This document shows, one piece after another, positions 60,339-64,000 of a stretch of DNA of 64,000 bases (the stretch's first letter is position 1; each line of letters begins with the position of its first letter). The stretch lies in NCBI GenBank assembly GCA_043808285.1, contig JAZDFA010000012.1, forward strand, positions 67,680 through 131,679, read 5' to 3'. The notes below the pieces were generated by a model that worked only from the letters and a program-made list of their open reading frames with translations, had not been told where the DNA came from and did no database searches. The DNA is from an archaeon. Its GTDB lineage: Archaea > Nanobdellota > Nanobdellia > Pacearchaeales > DTIR01. Made by a program: the position numbers and the translations under genes.

Positions 60339-61235
60339 CTATCTTGTTAAAACTCTTATTTTGTCCTTTGTCACCATTATTGTGTGTTCTGACTGGGAAA
60401 CTATCCCCCCTGATTGCTCAATCAATTGGGGGAAGTGATGAACTATTCCCTCTCTTTCAAGAATAGAGAGAGAGAATAATGCTCTTGTGCCGAATTTTTT
60501 AGTGAGCCAGCGAGCAGAAAAGGGGAGAGTTTTGTATTCTGCTTCTATATGCGAAAGCATTTGACGGGCAGAAGCATCTCTTACCTGCTTTTTATTTTGG
60601 ATAACAAAAATCTCGCTAGGCTTGCCATTGATAACCAGCCCAACCCCATTCGTTGCGAAGGGTTCTACTGCAAAAACTCCCTCAGTTATCAAAGCAGCGC
60701 TTTTGTCATCATAACTTGGAACTCTTAATCCTGCATGCAAGTCATATCTTTTTAGTTCATGCCCGTAAAGATTTTTGATAGGATTGAAGCCGAATGATTT
60801 TATTTTCTTTTCAACCTCGATGCCAATATCTTTTGTTTTGATTCCTATTTTAATGGTATTTATAGCTTCGTCTAAAGCAAGTTTAGAGGCATTTATTATT
60901 TCTTTATGACGCTGGTCTGGAGTTAAGTCGACACTGCAAGCCATATCCACCAAGAACCCATCAATTGAAACTCCCAAATCTATTTTTACCAAACCGTGGG
61001 CAGTTAATTTGTCGTTATGCAATGGAGAATAATGGGCTGCTATTTGGTCTATTGACAAATCCACAGGGAATGCTGGTTTTCCCCCTAATTGGGTTATCCT
61101 CTCTTCTGCCTTTTCCACAACTTCAATTAATAATGCACCTTCTTTTAATAGCCCCTTTGTGTATTGCATTACAGAATAAGCGATTTTTCCTGCCTTGGAG
61201 TACTTGCTTAGTGTTTCTGTGTCCATGTTATTCAA
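60339..61235 (-). CDS. map: methionine aminopeptidase, type 2 (archaeal)
   Basis: 298 aa. AFPVDLSIDQIAAHYSP, DLGVSIDGFLVDMA, HELKRY, FAVEPFAT. Confidence 0.9.
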   Translation of the reverse strand: MNNMDTETLSKYSKAGKIAYSVMQYTKGLLKEGALLIEVVEKAEERITQLGGKPAFPVDLSIDQIAAHYSPLHNDKLTAHGLVKIDLGVSIDGFLVDMACSVDLTPDQRHKEIINASKLALDEAINTIKIGIKTKDIGIEVEKKIKSFGFNPIKNLYGHELKRYDLHAGLRVPSYDDKSAALITEGVFAVEPFATNGVGLVINGKPSEIFVIQNKKQVRDASARQMLSHIEAEYKTLPFSARWLTKKFGTRALFSLSILEREGIVHHFPQLIEQSGGIVSQSEHTIMVTKDKIRVLTR

Positions 61236-61558
61236 TATCTGAATTTTCTTTCATAATTCTTGTGGTCAAACCATTCTATTATTACAGATATTATCTCTAT
61301 TTTATTAGGAGTAGTTATAGAATACAGGAGCCGCCAGCCATCAGGTAAATCATATTTCCAGAGATTATTTATGCCATATTTTCTTACGTATTCTTTAGGT
61401 ATAATCCGTTTTGGGATTTGCACACCACAAAAAGCATTTTCTTGAATGTCTTTTACAGCCCGCACTATAAACTTTTTTATTTCATCATTATTACTTAATT
61501 TATCAAATTCCTTTTCAAGTTTGCTATTCGCAAATACGACTGCTGATTTTTTTATCAT
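61232..61558 (-). CDS. RelE/ParE-superfamily toxin-like protein
   Basis: 108 aa. LWKYDLPDGWRLLYSI..IEIISVIIEWFDHKNYERKF resembles the RelE-type core. ATGA overlaps on both sides. Confidence 0.5.
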   Translation of the reverse strand: MIKKSAVVFANSKLEKEFDKLSNNDEIKKFIVRAVKDIQENAFCGVQIPKRIIPKEYVRKYGINNLWKYDLPDGWRLLYSITTPNKIEIISVIIEWFDHKNYERKFRY

Positions 61559-61830
61559 AGCTTAATCCTTTTCATATGGGCAAATCTTTTTGCAGCTCTT
61601 GGCGACCAGATATACCCTATTTTGCCCCTTGAATCAATCGCAATCTTATTTATGCTTTGCAAGTAATCTAAAATAACAAGGTATGTCTGCCACATTACCT
61701 TTCTTTGAAGTTTCTTCCATAATTCTGTTCTGTTAAGCTCCCCGGAGTATCGTTCTATAGCTTCTTCTACCATAATGACTGTATCTAAAGTAGGAGACCT
61801 TACAAAACTTTTTTTAAATTCTAGTTCCAT
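61555..61830 (-). CDS. small winged-helix protein, candidate antitoxin
   Basis: 91 aa. 4-nt overlap with the downstream toxin-like gene. Confidence 0.4.
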   Translation of the reverse strand: MELEFKKSFVRSPTLDTVIMVEEAIERYSGELNRTELWKKLQRKVMWQTYLVILDYLQSINKIAIDSRGKIGYIWSPRAAKRFAHMKRIKL

Positions 61831-61868
61831 ATTCTTTAATATATCAATTGATATATAAACCCTTTGGT

Positions 61869-62348
61869 TTAATTCTTTATTCTTCTCTCTTTTGGCATGA
61901 AATTTGCTATACCTCTAACGTTTTTCTTGCCAACTCCGATTATATCTTCATTATTCTTAAGAATGATATATTTTCCGCTAAACTCATTTATCTCTTTTTT
62001 TTGAGTGTCATTTAATTCTAGGTCCTTGCCATGGAACCATTGCATTGATTGCTCCTCACCAAGAGAGAGAGTTCCATTTTTTAGCTGATTGGCAAATAAT
62101 TGGGCTGAATCAATGCTAAGCCTTAAGTCATCTTCAAATGAAGCAAAATACAACCCGATAGAATCAATGTTAATATCTCTCAACAATACCCTTAGGCTAT
62201 CATTGTCTATGCTGCCTGAAAAAATCCTGTATCTCTTTCCCCATTTTAATATAAGATGGGGGATGTTTTCCATTCCATATATTTCCAGCTCTTTGACTAT
62301 CTTCTTCTTTTTCTCTTTATCCAGTATTTCAACAGGCAGATTAACCAT
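61869..62348 (-). CDS. Nip7/PUA-like RNA-binding protein
   Basis: 159 aa. C-terminal KYIILKNNEDIIGVGK PUA-like segment. 8-nt overlap with the upstream NSUN methyltransferase gene. Confidence 0.45.
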   Translation of the reverse strand: MVNLPVEILDKEKKKKIVKELEIYGMENIPHLILKWGKRYRIFSGSIDNDSLRVLLRDINIDSIGLYFASFEDDLRLSIDSAQLFANQLKNGTLSLGEEQSMQWFHGKDLELNDTQKKEINEFSGKYIILKNNEDIIGVGKKNVRGIANFMPKERRIKN

Positions 62349-63297
62349 TTTTCTTTAATTTTGCAATAAAAAATCCTTCAGAGTTATTATCCTGGGGATA
62401 AATCCTATGGCATTTTTTTATTTCCTCCCTTAAATTTTGAGATTGCCACTGCGTTATTCCTGGTCTGCTTTTAATGGGCAGGCTTAATTCTTGGACAGAG
62501 GCGTTGAAATTTTCAAGCAGGAACTCTATTACTTCTTCATTTTCTTCTGGAGCAAGTGTGCAGGTGGAATATATCATTTCCCCCCCTTCTTTTAGTATAG
62601 AGAATGCACAAGCGGCAAGCCTCTTTTGCTGTCTTGCAAAATTCTTAATCATCTTGAAATTCCACATCTTCAACATTGAAGGGCTTTGCATTATTGTGCC
62701 TTCTCCAGAACAGGATGTATCGATAAGTATCTTGTCAAATTTTATGCCTAGCTTGTGGAGTTTTTCAGCGAGCCTTCCGCCATCTTCCCTAGTGACTATG
62801 CAGTTTGTCACACCAGATTTCTCAAGATTGGCATTAAGAACTATTACTCTTCCCAAATCGCTGTCATTTGCCATCAGCAGGCCTTGATTTTGCATTTGGG
62901 CAGCAATTTGAGTTGTTTTGCTTCCAGGACTAGCGCATAAATCCAGCACAGAAATATTTCCTAAAGGATTCAATGCAATAACTGGCATCATGCTGCTTAG
63001 CTCCTGCACGTAAAAATATCCAAGAAGGTGCTCTCTTGCCTTGCCAAGTTCTCCTGGCTTGAGGGGGCTGCCATCAACCTTACTTTCAACTTTTATTATT
63101 TGAGGATAATCTGGGTATGGCTGAATAACTTTCCATGCTGAAGAAAGTTTTTTTATAAGAACCTGTGGGGTTACTTTAAGAGTATTGCATCTTATGTAAT
63201 CTCCCAGAGGCATCTGGCAGCATTTGAAGAACCTTTTGCTTTCATCTCCAAGTAATTTTTGCATTCTTTCTGCGAAGAATGGTTTTGGGCTTATCAT
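62341..63297 (-). CDS. NOL1/NOP2/Sun-family RNA cytosine-C5 methyltransferase
   Basis: 318 aa. LDLCASPGSKTTQIA, DTSCSGEGTI, YSTCTLAPEENE. Confidence 0.85.
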   Translation of the reverse strand: MISPKPFFAERMQKLLGDESKRFFKCCQMPLGDYIRCNTLKVTPQVLIKKLSSAWKVIQPYPDYPQIIKVESKVDGSPLKPGELGKAREHLLGYFYVQELSSMMPVIALNPLGNISVLDLCASPGSKTTQIAAQMQNQGLLMANDSDLGRVIVLNANLEKSGVTNCIVTREDGGRLAEKLHKLGIKFDKILIDTSCSGEGTIMQSPSMLKMWNFKMIKNFARQQKRLAACAFSILKEGGEMIYSTCTLAPEENEEVIEFLLENFNASVQELSLPIKSRPGITQWQSQNLREEIKKCHRIYPQDNNSEGFFIAKLKKNG

Positions 63298-63371
63298 AAT
63301 TATAAATCGAAACTCCTCTTTTTAAAATATGGTGTTCTTCACATCAGAGGATTATGACTACGACTGCTTTG

Positions 63372-63485
63372 TTATGTCAGAAATGTGGTTCAAACCGCAC
63401 CCCGCAAAAAACTTTGTTTTTTGGGGCATAGGAAATCAAAGATTTCCTCTGTTTAGTGTGTGGTAAAACTCAGCAACTTTTTGAT
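63372..63485 (+). repeat. modular hairpin repeat locus R14 (chimeric module)
   Basis: TTATGTCAGAAATG-TGGTTCAAACCGCACC-[CCGCAAAAAAC/GTTTTTTGGGG]-CAT-[AGGAAATC/GATTTCCT]-CTGTTTAGTGTGTGGTAAAACTCAGCAACTTTTTGAT. Confidence 0.85.
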
Positions 63486-63813
63486 TAATGAATGTGATAT
63501 TTAGCAGTTAGGAGTAGGGTGACGCAGAGTATTTTTCTTGGATTTGCAGAATAAAATTTTCAGATGCAAAAATAGGAAAACTTGATATAACTGCTTGGAG
63601 ACCGCTAAATTAACAATTATTTAACATTAGGGGTTAGGTGTAGGAATACGAAATAACAGCTTTTTCAGACACCCTCGGCAGTTATTGTTTTGTTCTACAA
63701 AACAAACAGATTAGGTTAGGATAATCCTAAAATTACAGTAACATATTTAAAGTAGAACAACAAATTTAAACTTAAGTTTTTATTCGGACAAAGGGGTTTG
63801 AACGTTTCAAAAG

Positions 63814-64000
63814 ATGGTAGATTATCATTATGTAAAAAGAGGTGGCAAGCTATATGGGCCATACTACTACAAGAGTTATAGAGTGGGCAACAAGGTAAAA
63901 AAGCAATACCTTGGAAAGGTTCCTCCAAAAGGTTTTGGAGAGATGCCTGTTGAGCAATCTTTAGCAAGCATTTCTAAAAAATCAAGTAGGGAATTGGGGA
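63814..64000 (+). CDS. partial CDS (N-terminal 62 codons), unknown; GPYYY..R.G.KV..YLG N-terminal motif
   Basis: MVDYHYVKRGGKLYGPYYYKSYRVGNKVKKQYLGKVPPKGFGEMPVEQSLASISKKSSRELG, open to the window end. From memory only, the motif resembles N-termini of some mobile-element-associated proteins. Confidence 0.35.
   Translation, partial: MVDYHYVKRGGKLYGPYYYKSYRVGNKVKKQYLGKVPPKGFGEMPVEQSLASISKKSSRELG

Noticed and set aside
63716-63967. 83-aa minus-strand ORF near the window end
   Set aside because: It overlaps the better-supported plus-strand partial gene starting at 63814 and the structured spacer. No start context was found.

Overview
AT-rich archaeal chromosome segment. The gene content and compact, partly fused genes look like a DPANN-type (Pacearchaeota/Woesearchaeota-like) lineage; that placement is inference from gene content only. 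About two thirds is core informational machinery. This includes Taw1, L40e, aIF5A, a fused PriS-PriL primase, PCNA, SerRS, MetRS, AspRS, L11, and the L37Ae-RpoP-prefoldin beta cluster. It also includes the proteasome/exosome superoperon (Pop5, PsmA, SBDS, Rrp4, Rrp41, Rrp42), RpoK-enolase-S2, CDC48, MAP, an NSUN methylase, tRNA-Ala and tRNA-Pro. The rest is cell-envelope and accessory material: an S-layer gene, two giant paralogous Cys-rich membrane proteins flanking a pilin-like gene, a four-gene pilin-like operon, two toroid-repeat surface proteins, a small archaeosortase-family protein next to a CARDB surface protein, and an ABC-2 exporter. Four signals stand out. (1) A modular family of nested hairpin repeats occupies most long intergenic spacers (14 loci, about 2.3 kb). 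Its stems covary, and one copy sits in-frame inside a radical SAM gene. (2) Two radical SAM operons flank metG. Each is preceded by an unannotated promoter-proximal 37-42 codon ORF and carries tailoring-type genes (PqqB/PhnP-like MBL; kinase-fold protein plus histidine phosphatase), a RiPP-like layout. (3) The giant Cys-rich paralog pair has long identical DNA tracts but an unalignable hydrophobic core. (4) Prefoldin beta is broken by two compensating frameshifts. No rRNA, CRISPR array or transposase gene was seen.
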